Virus record (IMG/VR): IMGVR_UViG_2061766007_000262
DNA: 41,884 nt
Origin: an uncultured virus (IMG/VR IMGVR_UViG_2061766007_000262)
Taxonomy: Duplodnaviria; Heunggongvirae; Uroviricota; Caudoviricetes
Strand: one strand, 5' to 3'
Position numbers and translations under genes: made by a program. The first letter of the stretch is position 1; each line of letters begins with the position of its first letter. Positions 1 through 9,600 of the stretch are shown in pieces. The notes beneath the pieces are model-generated. The model was not told where the DNA came from. It saw nothing but the letters and a program-made list of their open reading frames with translations, and searched no databases.

Positions 1-125
1 TTAACAAAGCCGTCATCATCAGCAACCATACCTAATTCATAATAGAGTAGTCTTGCCCCAATACTCATTTCTTGGAAGGCGTCGCTACCTACTATTTGAA
101 TATTAAACATTCTTTTTTTAGCCAT
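1..125 (-). CDS. Phage replication initiator / replisome organizer-like protein, N-terminal part (runs off window)
   Basis: Hand translation MAKKRMFNIQIVGSDAFQEMSIGARLLYYELGMVADDDGFV matches the MAxRRMF...SDAFxxM...LYxxLGMxADDDGFV N-terminus of Bacillota phage replication proteins; start overlaps the MTase stop. Confidence 0.8.
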   Translation of the reverse strand, partial: MAKKRMFNIQIVGSDAFQEMSIGARLLYYELGMVADDDGFV

Positions 126-1035
126 TTTCACTCCCTTCTTCTTCAAACAGGTTTAATATCATCTGCCCATTTTCTATTATTTTTTTCTCAATTTGTGTTA
201 AACCATTAACCCTATCTATCGCAATTTGATAAAAATCTGGGTTTAATTCAAAACCTATATAATGTCTTTTCAACTCTTTAGCTGCTACCGCTGTAGTTCC
301 GCTACCGATAAAGCAATCTAAAACAATATCGCCTTCGTTGCTTGAATTTATAACCAAATTCTTTATTATATCTAGTGGCTTAATTGTTGGGTGATCAAAC
401 ATATCTTTATCTGACACATTGCAGGCTGATAGATACCATTTTTTCTTTGTTTCAGTGGATCCATATAATCTGACGCCACTTTCTCTTGCGAAAACGCAGT
501 ATTCGGTATCACTTAGATATGTGTTATTACAAGTTGGAATGGGATTTGTTTTATGCCAAGCGAGTAGATCAATATTGCAATCTAAATCGTCAAAGTAATC
601 TATTAGTTGCCTTAGTTGATTTTTGTTACACCATACATAGATGTTTATCTTTTTCATCACTCTAACTAATTCATCTAATATTTCATTGCTAAAGCCCTTT
701 GAAATAAAGCTTGTATTTTCTCTATTATCAACACCATTAGCAATTATTCTTAACCTTTCGCTTTCTTCATCTTTGCCATGCTCTCTAACATAATCTAAGT
801 ATTTTTGCCTTTGAACACTAACACCTGAATCCACTGCTTTCTTAGTAATTTCAGTGTCTAAAGAATAAATGTTTCCTTTTTGTTTATATTTCCTTTTAGC
901 AATTTCGCTATGACCGTTTCCGCCCATAACAAATTCGTATGGTGGATCTATGATTACCAAATCTATACTTTTATCTGGAATTCTTTTTATTCCTTCATAG
1001 CAATCTTCGTTGTAAATAACATCTATTTCCATCAT
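118..1035 (-). CDS. DNA N6-adenine/N4-cytosine methyltransferase, beta class
   Basis: DPPY before HPTIKP and DCFIGSGTT; long insertion after DPPY. Confidence 0.93.
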   Translation of the reverse strand: MMEIDVIYNEDCYEGIKRIPDKSIDLVIIDPPYEFVMGGNGHSEIAKRKYKQKGNIYSLDTEITKKAVDSGVSVQRQKYLDYVREHGKDEESERLRIIANGVDNRENTSFISKGFSNEILDELVRVMKKINIYVWCNKNQLRQLIDYFDDLDCNIDLLAWHKTNPIPTCNNTYLSDTEYCVFARESGVRLYGSTETKKKWYLSACNVSDKDMFDHPTIKPLDIIKNLVINSSNEGDIVLDCFIGSGTTAVAAKELKRHYIGFELNPDFYQIAIDRVNGLTQIEKKIIENGQMILNLFEEEGSENG

Positions 1036-1451
1036 TGCTTTTCCTCTAATTTCCTTTTCTTAGGAACAATAAATTCTTCTGGCGAATATGTTTTTACGAT
1101 ATTTTGCAACTCAACATCAGATAACCTTTGTTTTTTAGCTTTGCTTAATATATAAAAATTACTCATAACCAATCTTGATGATATTTTTTTATTGCTTGTG
1201 TATTTGCTCATATTTACCGATGTAACAAATTCACCACTCGCAAAAATAACATCGCCAACTCTGCATAAATTAGCAACCTTATCTGAAATAATAGGGCTTG
1301 CAATTAACGAAATAAGCATTCTTTTTTCTTTCCTGTATGGATGCTCAACAACTATTGTTATCTTTGTTGAAAATTCGTTTTTATCTATCAACATTTTTTG
1401 TGGGTTGTCGTAGATCCTGCCTATAAAAAACCAATTATTGCTTAATTTCAT
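1032..1451 (-). CDS. Single-stranded DNA-binding (SSB-like OB-fold) protein
   Basis: NxxxxIGRIxxNP...VANLCRVGDVIFASGEF follows the SSB pattern; lacks an acidic DDLPF tail. Confidence 0.6.
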   Translation of the reverse strand: MKLSNNWFFIGRIYDNPQKMLIDKNEFSTKITIVVEHPYRKEKRMLISLIASPIISDKVANLCRVGDVIFASGEFVTSVNMSKYTSNKKISSRLVMSNFYILSKAKKQRLSDVELQNIVKTYSPEEFIVPKKRKLEEKQ

Positions 1452-2112
1452 TTTTCATTGCTCTTATTTCTTTTATGTATAATTCCTTGCTTAGCATTAC
1501 TGGTGCATTGCCAGTCTTAAAGCATAACTCTCTATATATGTTTCTTAATTCGTCATAAGTCATATCTTCTAACTGAGTTTCAGCATAAGACTCTTTATAT
1601 GGCTTTGCTTTAGAACACCAAGTATATTCGCCTTCGTATTGAACTATAATTGTGTCTGCGTTTGAAAATAACTTTCCTTGACCGTTGTTATTTTCTAAAT
1701 CATCCAACGCTTCTAATTCCCAATTAAGCCTATAATATTTCGTTGTAAGAGTTTTTCTCTTTTCGGCTGCTTCTTCTTTTGTAGCAAGTTTGAATCTATT
1801 TGAATTCGTCAAAATAAATTTATCGTGTTGTCCTCTATATAATGTGTTGATCAAAAATACATCTTCATATAATTCTGGACAGTTTGAATAATTACCATCA
1901 GTAACGCTTTTCCTTTGGTAGTAAGGAACTTCATTACAGATTTCCTGGACTGTTGTTGTTAAACCATTTTCAGTTCTTTTCTCAATAAATCTATAAACGC
2001 TCCACATTTCAGTTGTCATTTTTTCTGGAATGTTTTGCCTAATTGTTGGAAAAGGAACTGACCAGTATTCATTACCAGTTTTTTTATCTACTTTTCTAAC
2101 TCTTTCTATCAT
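1435..2112 (-). CDS. Hypothetical early protein (possible winged-helix N-terminus)
   Basis: 225-aa ORF with RBS AGAAAGGG, coupled into the early operon. Confidence 0.7.
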   Translation of the reverse strand: MIERVRKVDKKTGNEYWSVPFPTIRQNIPEKMTTEMWSVYRFIEKRTENGLTTTVQEICNEVPYYQRKSVTDGNYSNCPELYEDVFLINTLYRGQHDKFILTNSNRFKLATKEEAAEKRKTLTTKYYRLNWELEALDDLENNNGQGKLFSNADTIIVQYEGEYTWCSKAKPYKESYAETQLEDMTYDELRNIYRELCFKTGNAPVMLSKELYIKEIRAMKNEIKQ

Positions 2113-2135
2113 GTTGATCCCTTTCTAATATTTAT

Positions 2136-2984
2136 TTATTTAATAAAAATATCTTCAAAACCTATTTGTTCTTCGGTAGCGTCTTTTGTGTCATCAACTT
2201 CTTTAATAGAATTGCGAACATTTGTTTTTGCTGTGGTTTTTTCGTTATCTATGTATTCATAAGTTCCATCTTCATTTACTACTGCTTGGTCAGCTTTAAT
2301 TGCTGTTTGCATTTCAACTGATAATGGTGCGTATCTATTAAGCAATAACTTTAATACTGTCTTTTGAGCCATAGTATCAAACTCAGTGTTCCATAGAGTT
2401 GATTTGTCTTTGTCATACTTGTATGATGAACTATACTTGTAAGCGTGTTTTTCGCATTGTTCCTTAGTCATATACAAAGTTTTTGTAAAGCCATTTAATA
2501 ATTTGAAATATGCATAGTAGCCAACAACTTCTTCATTATCGTAGTCGTGCGAGAATACGAATAAGTCATCGCCAAATTCATCTTGCCCTTTATATTCGCC
2601 TTTATGAACTGCTCTTGAACCTAACCTTTCAAATGCACCACTTCTTTGAGATAGTTGAACTAAGCCTTTCCAACCAACTTGGAATTGGGCTTTTTTAACA
2701 CCACTTTTCTTATCATTGAATGGAACGATATATGCAAACCCAAGATTACCTGCGAGTGGTAGTTTTAGACTTGCTGCTACTAAGCCAGCTGCTACGACAG
2801 TTGCTGGTTCGCATTCTTTAAGTGTTGCGTTGTTGGCTACTACAGCACAAATATCAGCCACAAACTTTCTTGCTACAGCTGGATCACTTAATGTATTGTT
2901 AATCATTCTTTTATAGCCATCACTCGCAATAACTACGCTGAATGGGGCTTTCTTTTCTTTTTCTTCTATAATTTGATTTGCCAT
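2136..2984 (-). CDS. recT: RecT/Redbeta-family ssDNA annealing recombinase
   Basis: LGFAYIVPF...AQFQVGWKGLVQL...MAQKTVLKLLLNRYAPLSVEMQTA. Confidence 0.92.
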   Translation of the reverse strand: MANQIIEEKEKKAPFSVVIASDGYKRMINNTLSDPAVARKFVADICAVVANNATLKECEPATVVAAGLVAASLKLPLAGNLGFAYIVPFNDKKSGVKKAQFQVGWKGLVQLSQRSGAFERLGSRAVHKGEYKGQDEFGDDLFVFSHDYDNEEVVGYYAYFKLLNGFTKTLYMTKEQCEKHAYKYSSSYKYDKDKSTLWNTEFDTMAQKTVLKLLLNRYAPLSVEMQTAIKADQAVVNEDGTYEYIDNEKTTAKTNVRNSIKEVDDTKDATEEQIGFEDIFIK

Positions 2985-2992
2985 GTTTTTAC

Positions 2993-3433
2993 CTATTTAA
3001 CCTTTATGTTTAAATTATTTTTTACACAGTATTCTTGTAGTTTTTTAAATGCTTTCGCATCGCTTGTTGTAACTACAGCAACGTATTCTTCAGCAACATA
3101 TTTTTTGTCTTTATTAAAGTTGTTAATATTAGCAGAGAATTCCTTACTTCTTGTATCAATTAGTTCTTTTAATGTGTTACATTGCTCTTTGAAATCACGA
3201 GTGTAATCTTCAATAGTATCAATTCTTTTTCTATCAATTGCTTTTGTAATCTTGTTAAGAATTGCTCTTATTTGCTTTGCTCTTTGTAAATCATCTTCAT
3301 CAATAATTTCAAAAACTTGATATTGCTCAAGAATGTTATCAACTAATTCCTTAGTGTGTTCATAGTTGCTAACTTGTAATATGCCTTGTTTGGCATCAGA
3401 CAATGTGTCTAACTCAAAATAAATTTCTTCCAT
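2993..3433 (-). CDS. Coiled-coil protein of the recombination module (DUF1351-like)
   Basis: AKQIRAILNKITKAIDRKRI pattern; lies between exonuclease and RecT. Confidence 0.55.
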   Translation of the reverse strand: MEEIYFELDTLSDAKQGILQVSNYEHTKELVDNILEQYQVFEIIDEDDLQRAKQIRAILNKITKAIDRKRIDTIEDYTRDFKEQCNTLKELIDTRSKEFSANINNFNKDKKYVAEEYVAVVTTSDAKAFKKLQEYCVKNNLNIKVK

Positions 3434-4120
3434 TTAAAACTCCTTTTTAATTACTGTTTTTGGTCTGTGTTTTTTATTGATATTGTTTTCAATAAAATCA
3501 ATTTCTTTTCCTTCAAGGTATTTGATGTGGTCAATTATGTCTTCTCTATGGATCCAATAATTCTTATCAACAGCGTAATCAAATACCCATTTTTTGGTTG
3601 TTTCATCATAAGTAAAATACTTAAGATGTGCTGTCAAGCATACTCCCTTTAAGTCTTCAATAACAACCATATAATGTAAGACTTGATAATAATATTGATC
3701 TGGTAGAATGTTAGATTCCCACATTTGCTTTGTAACACTGTTAATTAGTTCTACGTCTTTAACTTCTAAACCGAATAAATCAGCTCCGATGTAAAATAAG
3801 CCATCTGGTGTGCAAGTAAGTAGTGGGTAGTCTTTTCTTCTAAAGATCCAAAAGTTTCTTTTTGGTGGTCTTATAGTCTTAAATGACGAATGGTCTAATG
3901 ACCACAATTCTCTAATATGTTCTTCAGCTTTAGCACCTTCTTTCATTCGTTCGTTTTCTTTTATTATTTTTTCTTTATCAAAGACTATACGATTATATAC
4001 ATCATTAGACGAGAGCCATTTAGACATATTGACTATTGCTGCTGCGTCGCTACCACCAATTCCACGAGCTTTAAGCCAATCGTTTTTTGTCTTATAAATC
4101 TCTTTTTTGTAATTCTTCAT
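3434..4120 (-). CDS. YqaJ/lambda-exonuclease family alkaline exonuclease
   Basis: WLKARGIGGSDAAAI, CTPDG, LEVK, YYYQVLHYM motifs. Confidence 0.92.
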   Translation of the reverse strand: MKNYKKEIYKTKNDWLKARGIGGSDAAAIVNMSKWLSSNDVYNRIVFDKEKIIKENERMKEGAKAEEHIRELWSLDHSSFKTIRPPKRNFWIFRRKDYPLLTCTPDGLFYIGADLFGLEVKDVELINSVTKQMWESNILPDQYYYQVLHYMVVIEDLKGVCLTAHLKYFTYDETTKKWVFDYAVDKNYWIHREDIIDHIKYLEGKEIDFIENNINKKHRPKTVIKKEF

Positions 4121-4370
4121 TATCTACCACCAATCTTATGTTTTTAAGTTCTGCTTCAGCGGTTGTTCCGAAACATTGCAACACAGCATCTCTTTTTATA
4201 TACTGTTTGCCTAACGTTGTTCTGCCATTGTATAAATCTCTAGCCATATTCTTGATACGATAAGCTGTAGGTTTAGACTTAATGTTTTGGTTGAAATAAA
4301 ACATAATGTCAGAAACAGTCCAGACTGGTTGCATTAGAAGATCATATTTCTTTCTAATGTTTTCTTCCAT
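4092..4370 (-). CDS. Small DNA-binding protein (Cro/excisionase-like), first gene of the early operon
   Basis: ATG at 4370 follows AAAGGAGG; WTVSDIMFYF...KPTAYRIK helix-turn-helix-like; divergent from the repressor. Confidence 0.6.
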   Translation of the reverse strand: MEENIRKKYDLLMQPVWTVSDIMFYFNQNIKSKPTAYRIKNMARDLYNGRTTLGKQYIKRDAVLQCFGTTAEAELKNIRLVVDNEELQKRDL

Positions 4371-4382
4371 TTTTCCTCCTTT

Positions 4383-4401
4383 TACTTCCATTTTGGAAGC
4401 A
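4383..4401. promoter_or_regulatory. Palindromic putative repressor operator TACTTCCA-TTT-TGGAAGCA
   Basis: Inverted repeat in the genetic switch; related sites at 4445-4463, 4528-4546 and 12376-12394. Confidence 0.65.
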
Positions 4402-4443
4402 TATTGTTGTAAAAATAAAAAATAATTTTACTTTCTTAATTCA

Positions 4444-4471
4444 ATTATACCATTTTGATAGTAAAAAGCAA
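4444..4471 (-). promoter_or_regulatory. Leftward early (lytic) promoter
   Basis: TTGCTT-N16-TATAAT with extended -10 TG. Confidence 0.65.
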
Positions 4472-4529
4472 CATAATTTTTATATTTTTTTACAAATTTG
4501 ATAATTTTATTAAAAAATGGATTTGTTTA

Positions 4530-4558
4530 TTGACAAATTGGAAGCAATGATTTATTAT
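4530..4558 (+). promoter_or_regulatory. Repressor promoter
   Basis: TTGACA-N17-TATTAT, followed by RBS AAGGAG and ATG at 4585. Confidence 0.75.
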
Positions 4559-4584
4559 GTAAATAAAAAAGGAGATAGTGTATT

Positions 4585-5100
4585 ATGCCAAGAAATAATT
4601 TAAAAAAATTAAGAACTGATACCAGAATTTCTTTAAACAAATTAGAACAATATGTTAATATTTCTAATTCAAATTTGTCTTTAATTGAAAATGATAGAAG
4701 ACCACTACGATTAAAACACATTATTGAGTTATCTGCGTTTTTCAATGTTACTGCTGATTATTTATTAGGAAAGAGTGATACTGGAATTATTGTCTATAAC
4801 GAAGCTGGCGATGAGTTTGTTTTAAATGAAAATGAATATCACGATTTGATTGGCAAAATCAAAACAACTATTGTAGATTTAAAGGTTACAACCGATAGGA
4901 TTATTCTAGATAAGGATCAGGATTCTTATGTAGCAAAAACACAGTTTAGGGTTTATAGAGAGTTTTCTGAAAGGTTAAATGAGTTTGATTTAACACCAAT
5001 TCTTACTAATAAATTAAATAATCTAATCAAAAGAATGACATCTAAAGAGTTAGAAAAAACAATTAAGTTTGTTGAAGAATATATGCTGGATAGAAATTAA
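4585..5100 (+). CDS. XRE-family phage repressor
   Basis: N-terminal HTH LKKLR...ISNSNLSLIEND...FFNVTADYLLG; position between the switch and integrase. Confidence 0.88.
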   Translation: MPRNNLKKLRTDTRISLNKLEQYVNISNSNLSLIENDRRPLRLKHIIELSAFFNVTADYLLGKSDTGIIVYNEAGDEFVLNENEYHDLIGKIKTTIVDLKVTTDRIILDKDQDSYVAKTQFRVYREFSERLNEFDLTPILTNKLNNLIKRMTSKELEKTIKFVEEYMLDRN

Positions 5101-5128
5101 AAAAAGAGCAGTGCTACCAACACTGCTC
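5099..5128 (-). terminator. Rho-independent terminator oriented for a leftward transcript
   Basis: Stem GAGCAGTG/CACTGCTC with an A-tract on its left (U-tract on the minus strand). Confidence 0.65.
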
Positions 5129-5192
5129 AAGCATATAATTGAATTTACGTTAGAAAGGGATCAATCATAAGCTAAAGAGAAAATACTCTTTA
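5099..5192 (-). ncRNA. Candidate ~90-nt antisense sRNA
   Basis: Minus-strand promoter TTGTAA-N17-TATAAT (5198-5226), 5' hairpin GCTAAAGAG/CTCTTTAGC, terminator, and 15 nt complementary to the RBS of the 1435..2112 gene. Confidence 0.55.
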
Positions 5193-5225
5193 GCCATATT
5201 ATACAAAAAATATGGAGGAATTACA

Positions 5226-6368
5226 ATGCCAAAAAATACAAGCGGTAAGTTTCACAAAGAAGATAACGGAACTTGGACTATAGATACTAAGATAAAAGTC
5301 AACGATAGATGGGTTCATTTAAAAAAGAGAGGTTTTGCCACTTTGGGTGATGCTAAAGCAAAATATCACGAAATAGAGCAAGAGCACTACAATAAACAGA
5401 TAATTAAAGATAAAAACTATTCTATTGAAAAAATATATAACGAATATATCAAAAACAGATCCTACCAAATAAACTTTACTTCTCTTGAAAAAGATATATC
5501 ACTAATTAAATGTCATATTTTGCCTTATTACAGTAAAATTGCACCAGAAGAAATATTTACTCAAGAACAAACAGAAAAATGGTATCATTTTGTATTAGAT
5601 TCAACTTTATCAAGCACAAGAAAACAACAAATTGTTGCTAAAATGAAAGATATGTTAAAGTTTGCTTATACTCACAAATATATCAATGCCGAAATGTATC
5701 AAGATTGTGATGTAATACTTTTACCAGTATCTAGCAAAAAAGAAAGTAAAGTTGAAAGAGTAATATGGACTGCCGACGAAGAAAAGCAATTTCTAGCAGC
5801 AGTTAAAGATAAAGGCAATGATAAAGATTACTTATATTTTAAAATAATACTTAATACTGGTTTAAGAATGGGCGAATATTTAGGTCTTCAAGGGAAGTGT
5901 TTTGATCACGATAAACGAATACTTAAGATAGAACAACAAGTAGTCAATAAAGATGGTGATGGTTGGATCCTGACGACAAAGTTAAAAACAAGTGAAAGCT
6001 ACAGGAATGTCGTTTTGCCTGCTGATTTATGTGAAGAAATTGAAAGCTTTATTAAAGATTTCAATATAGGTAATGACGATTTTATTATATTTTCAACTAA
6101 CAAGAAAAAACCATTAAGCAGAACCGAATTCAGAAGAAGGTTAGAAAAGTATTGTGAACTAGCTAAAGTAAGAAAATTAAATCCGCATGCGTTAAGGCAT
6201 AATCAAGCAGTTAAACTCAGCAAAGTTTGTGTAACGATGGATGATATTGAAAACGCAGCTAAAAGATTAGGACACTCACCAAGTATGTTTGCTGATACTT
6301 ATGCTAAACATCAAAACGAGGTTAAACAGAACGAATTATTAGAAAGAATGTATAGGAACAATTGTTAA
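5226..6368 (+). CDS. int: Tyrosine integrase
   Basis: N-terminal arm-binding KRGFAT motif; TGLRMGE, LKT, HALRH, LGHS, DTYAK catalytic residues. Confidence 0.95.
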   Translation: MPKNTSGKFHKEDNGTWTIDTKIKVNDRWVHLKKRGFATLGDAKAKYHEIEQEHYNKQIIKDKNYSIEKIYNEYIKNRSYQINFTSLEKDISLIKCHILPYYSKIAPEEIFTQEQTEKWYHFVLDSTLSSTRKQQIVAKMKDMLKFAYTHKYINAEMYQDCDVILLPVSSKKESKVERVIWTADEEKQFLAAVKDKGNDKDYLYFKIILNTGLRMGEYLGLQGKCFDHDKRILKIEQQVVNKDGDGWILTTKLKTSESYRNVVLPADLCEEIESFIKDFNIGNDDFIIFSTNKKKPLSRTEFRRRLEKYCELAKVRKLNPHALRHNQAVKLSKVCVTMDDIENAAKRLGHSPSMFADTYAKHQNEVKQNELLERMYRNNC

Positions 6369-6675
6369 AGTTGTTCCTTTCTTTTTTAGCCAATTTTACC
6401 CCATTTTTTACCCCAGAGCATATAAAAAGGGCTATTTCTAGCCCTATTATTTGTAGTGGTCGGAAAAACAGGAAAAATGTTTATTTTATAATGATAGTAA
6501 TTATAGTTTAATTTGATAATAAAATTGACCATTTGTTTCAAACATTTTTTCAAAATGTAAATAATTTTATTACAAACTATAATCTTTATTTTTCTGGTTT
6601 TCCCCCAAAAACATTTTAGTAGCATTTCAACTACTTATAATATAGTAATATATTTTACTAAAATATGCAAATACA
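6369..6675. other. Putative attP region
   Basis: AT-rich non-coding gap after int with direct repeats TTTTACCCCA (6394-6403, 6406-6415) and TTTTCCCCCA (6598-6607) resembling arm-type sites. Confidence 0.6.
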
Positions 6676-9600
6676 TTAACTTAAAAAGTTATTGACTTTT
6701 TTGCTGCTTAGACCAAGACTTCTTAAATACCTTGATAGTTTCTCGTTATTGTCTTTGCTTCTATAACCAGCGAGATATAGTAATAGTAGTTTATCATTTC
6801 TGCTTAAACCAAGCCTATTAACATACGCAATTACAAGTTCTTTTCTTGTCTTGTTTTTGCTTTCAGTTATGCCACCAATCTTATCTAGATAATTAACAAA
6901 CCTTGAAATATTGATCCTACCATTTGAATAATAGAGCAAAGTTGATAGTTTGCTATCTGCCTTATCTAATTTGAGAACCTTTGCCTTAGCATAACTATAA
7001 TATGTATCATAGATTTTCTTGATCAATTTTGCTTTTTCTTCGCTTGTCTTATTTCTATAGTCAGTTAGTTGCATTAACTTTTCAACTTGTGCGTTAGCCT
7101 TATTATATTCGGTTTTAAACGCATTTATTTGCTCTTTAGTTAATTCTACTACATCGCCATTATCATTTGTGTAAGAAGTCATATATGCTTTTGGTAAAGC
7201 GTTATAACCGTCTTTCGTTAAGCTCAATAATTCATCTCTTACACTTTCACTGCTTTCAACTCTTGAAGCCATCACAAGTTCTAAATAACCTTTAGCTTTT
7301 CTTGTAAAGTTAGTTTGAGCAGCATCTTTATATTCTTTTAAAAGATAATTAGGACTGTAGCCTTTTATAAGTGCGTCAACTTTATAACCGTTAGGGCTAA
7401 AGTTTTTATAAGCACCAACCATATACTTATATAAATTATTAAATGGAATACCAGTTAAGTTAGCAATGATTAAAGCACCATCTCTGACAGCTTTAAGCCA
7501 ATCGCCATCATTTTCAATCGCATTCACAATATCTCTTAACACAACTACAAACTGGTTAATTACCGTTGTATCCATACCATTGATTTCTTGGTTGTAATCT
7601 ACAGCACTAATTATTGTAGAAACGTATGGCAAGTTATCAATTGTTGATTCCAACATAAGCGTTTTAATGAAGTCTTTAGCATCTTCTTCACCCCAGCTCC
7701 AGTCTTTCTTACCAAGCAATCTCTTTATTAACTCGTCAATTCCAGCGATAATCATACCACTTAGAAGAAGCGAAAGCATAAACTTTGTTGCTCTAGGTGC
7801 AATGCTTGTGTTAATTATTGTTTCTTTATCACTCTTAATGCTCTCAAGTTCTACCAACTTTTCTTTCTTATTATTAAGTTCTTCTAAAGTTTCGTCGTTT
7901 GGATCGCTTTGATATTTTCTTTCTAATTCAGCAATATCTGCTTTAGTCGTTTCTATCATCTTATTAACAGTAGGTAAAGTTGCTCTTGCAATTCTCTTTT
8001 CGTTTAATAAATTGTTGAGAATAGAAATCTTGTTTTGTAAATCAGATGAGAAGTAAGAAAGCACTTTTCTAATATAACCACCAGCACCTGAACGTGCCAT
8101 AGACTGTTTAACATCAATAGCATTTGATTGTGTGTTTGCAACTATTCTTTCAAGTATTCTAATTGGATCTTCGCCAGTTATTTTGCTTTCTTCAATTGCG
8201 GCACCATAAGCAAATGTAATAATAACAGCTTCATCCATTTTTTCCATTGGCACACCAAATATCTTTGAGAATTTATTAAGATATTCAGTTAATGCTGCTG
8301 CTTTTATTATGTCGTGATTAGACCATCTATCAGCTAACAAGCCACTTTTGCTCATTAAGTCTTGTTTGATCTTGTTATAATTTAAAACGTTGTGTGGTAT
8401 TTTAAAGAACGCCTTTAAGAATGATGCAAAATGAACTTCGTTTAATACAGTAGGCAGTGAAGCTGTTTGTTTTAAAACAACTGAAGCATTGCCATATAAA
8501 GTTGCTTGAACTAAGTTAGAAATACCTTTGCCGCTTAAAATATAATCATTTTTGCCGCCAATTCTTTCTATTAAGTAATTTATTATTGTGTAAAGTTCAT
8601 TAGATGTATTTTTAATTAAACTCTTTCTTGTTTCTGCCTTATTGTCTGAGTTCTTAGACCAACCATTGATAAACGATTCAAATCTTCTTACGCTGTCGCT
8701 CATTTCACCATATTTGGTTAGTGCGTTAACGTATGCGGCATTTCTATCAGTAAAGTTCATTCCTAATAAAGCCATGTGATAAGTCTTTTTTCTTTCTTTA
8801 TTGATAGCAGTGTTTTCAATATTGATTGTGCCATAATTTTGGCTTTCAATTGTTATATTTTTAGTATCGCTTTTATTAGACGGATAGTAATTATCATTAT
8901 AAAGTAATATTTCATAACCCTTAATATCAGCATCTTTCTTAGCTTTATAATCTCTATATTCGCCGTTATATAAGTTATCTAAAATATCTTCAGCAAAATC
9001 AGTGTATGTTTTGCCTAGTTTATTCTTAATTGTTTCAATATCGCTTTCGTTCAAAATGATATTGAACTTAGTTTTGCCATCATTATATCTATAGCCACCA
9101 TTGATTATAGTCCTATATGTTGCTTCAGTTAAAGTCATTGTATAAATATCAAGTAAAGTATCTATTGTTAATTTTAGATTTTTACCGCCAAGAGTAATTT
9201 CTACCTTTTTAGATAAATCTTTATCTTTAATATTATACTTTTCTTGTATCTCTTTGAAATCGTTGATAAACTCATATTGTTTTAATAAGTGTGCATTTCT
9301 AGAAGCGAATATATCCTCAAATAGAACTTTATTTACAGCACTATTGGATCCAAAGAAATTCTTGATTACAATATCTGGTGCTGATGTTCTATTTAATTCT
9401 CTTTGTAAGATATTTTCGTTTAAGAACACTCTTTCTTTGCTGCCATAGGTGTAATTCAATGCCCTAAGCTCTAAGTCAGCCTTATAGTTAGCTTTTTTGA
9501 CTGTTGTTTTTTCGCTATCAATCAAAACACCAAGTTCTTTATTAAGACTGCCAAGTAGTTTATAAACTGCTTCCATTGCTTGATAACTTAATGAACTACC

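Noticed and set aside
6386..6625. 79-aa ORF after the integrase
   Set aside because: Low-complexity frame across the putative attP with no RBS
6630..6660. dif-like site
   Set aside because: Only the left half resembles Bacillota dif; the XerD arm does not match
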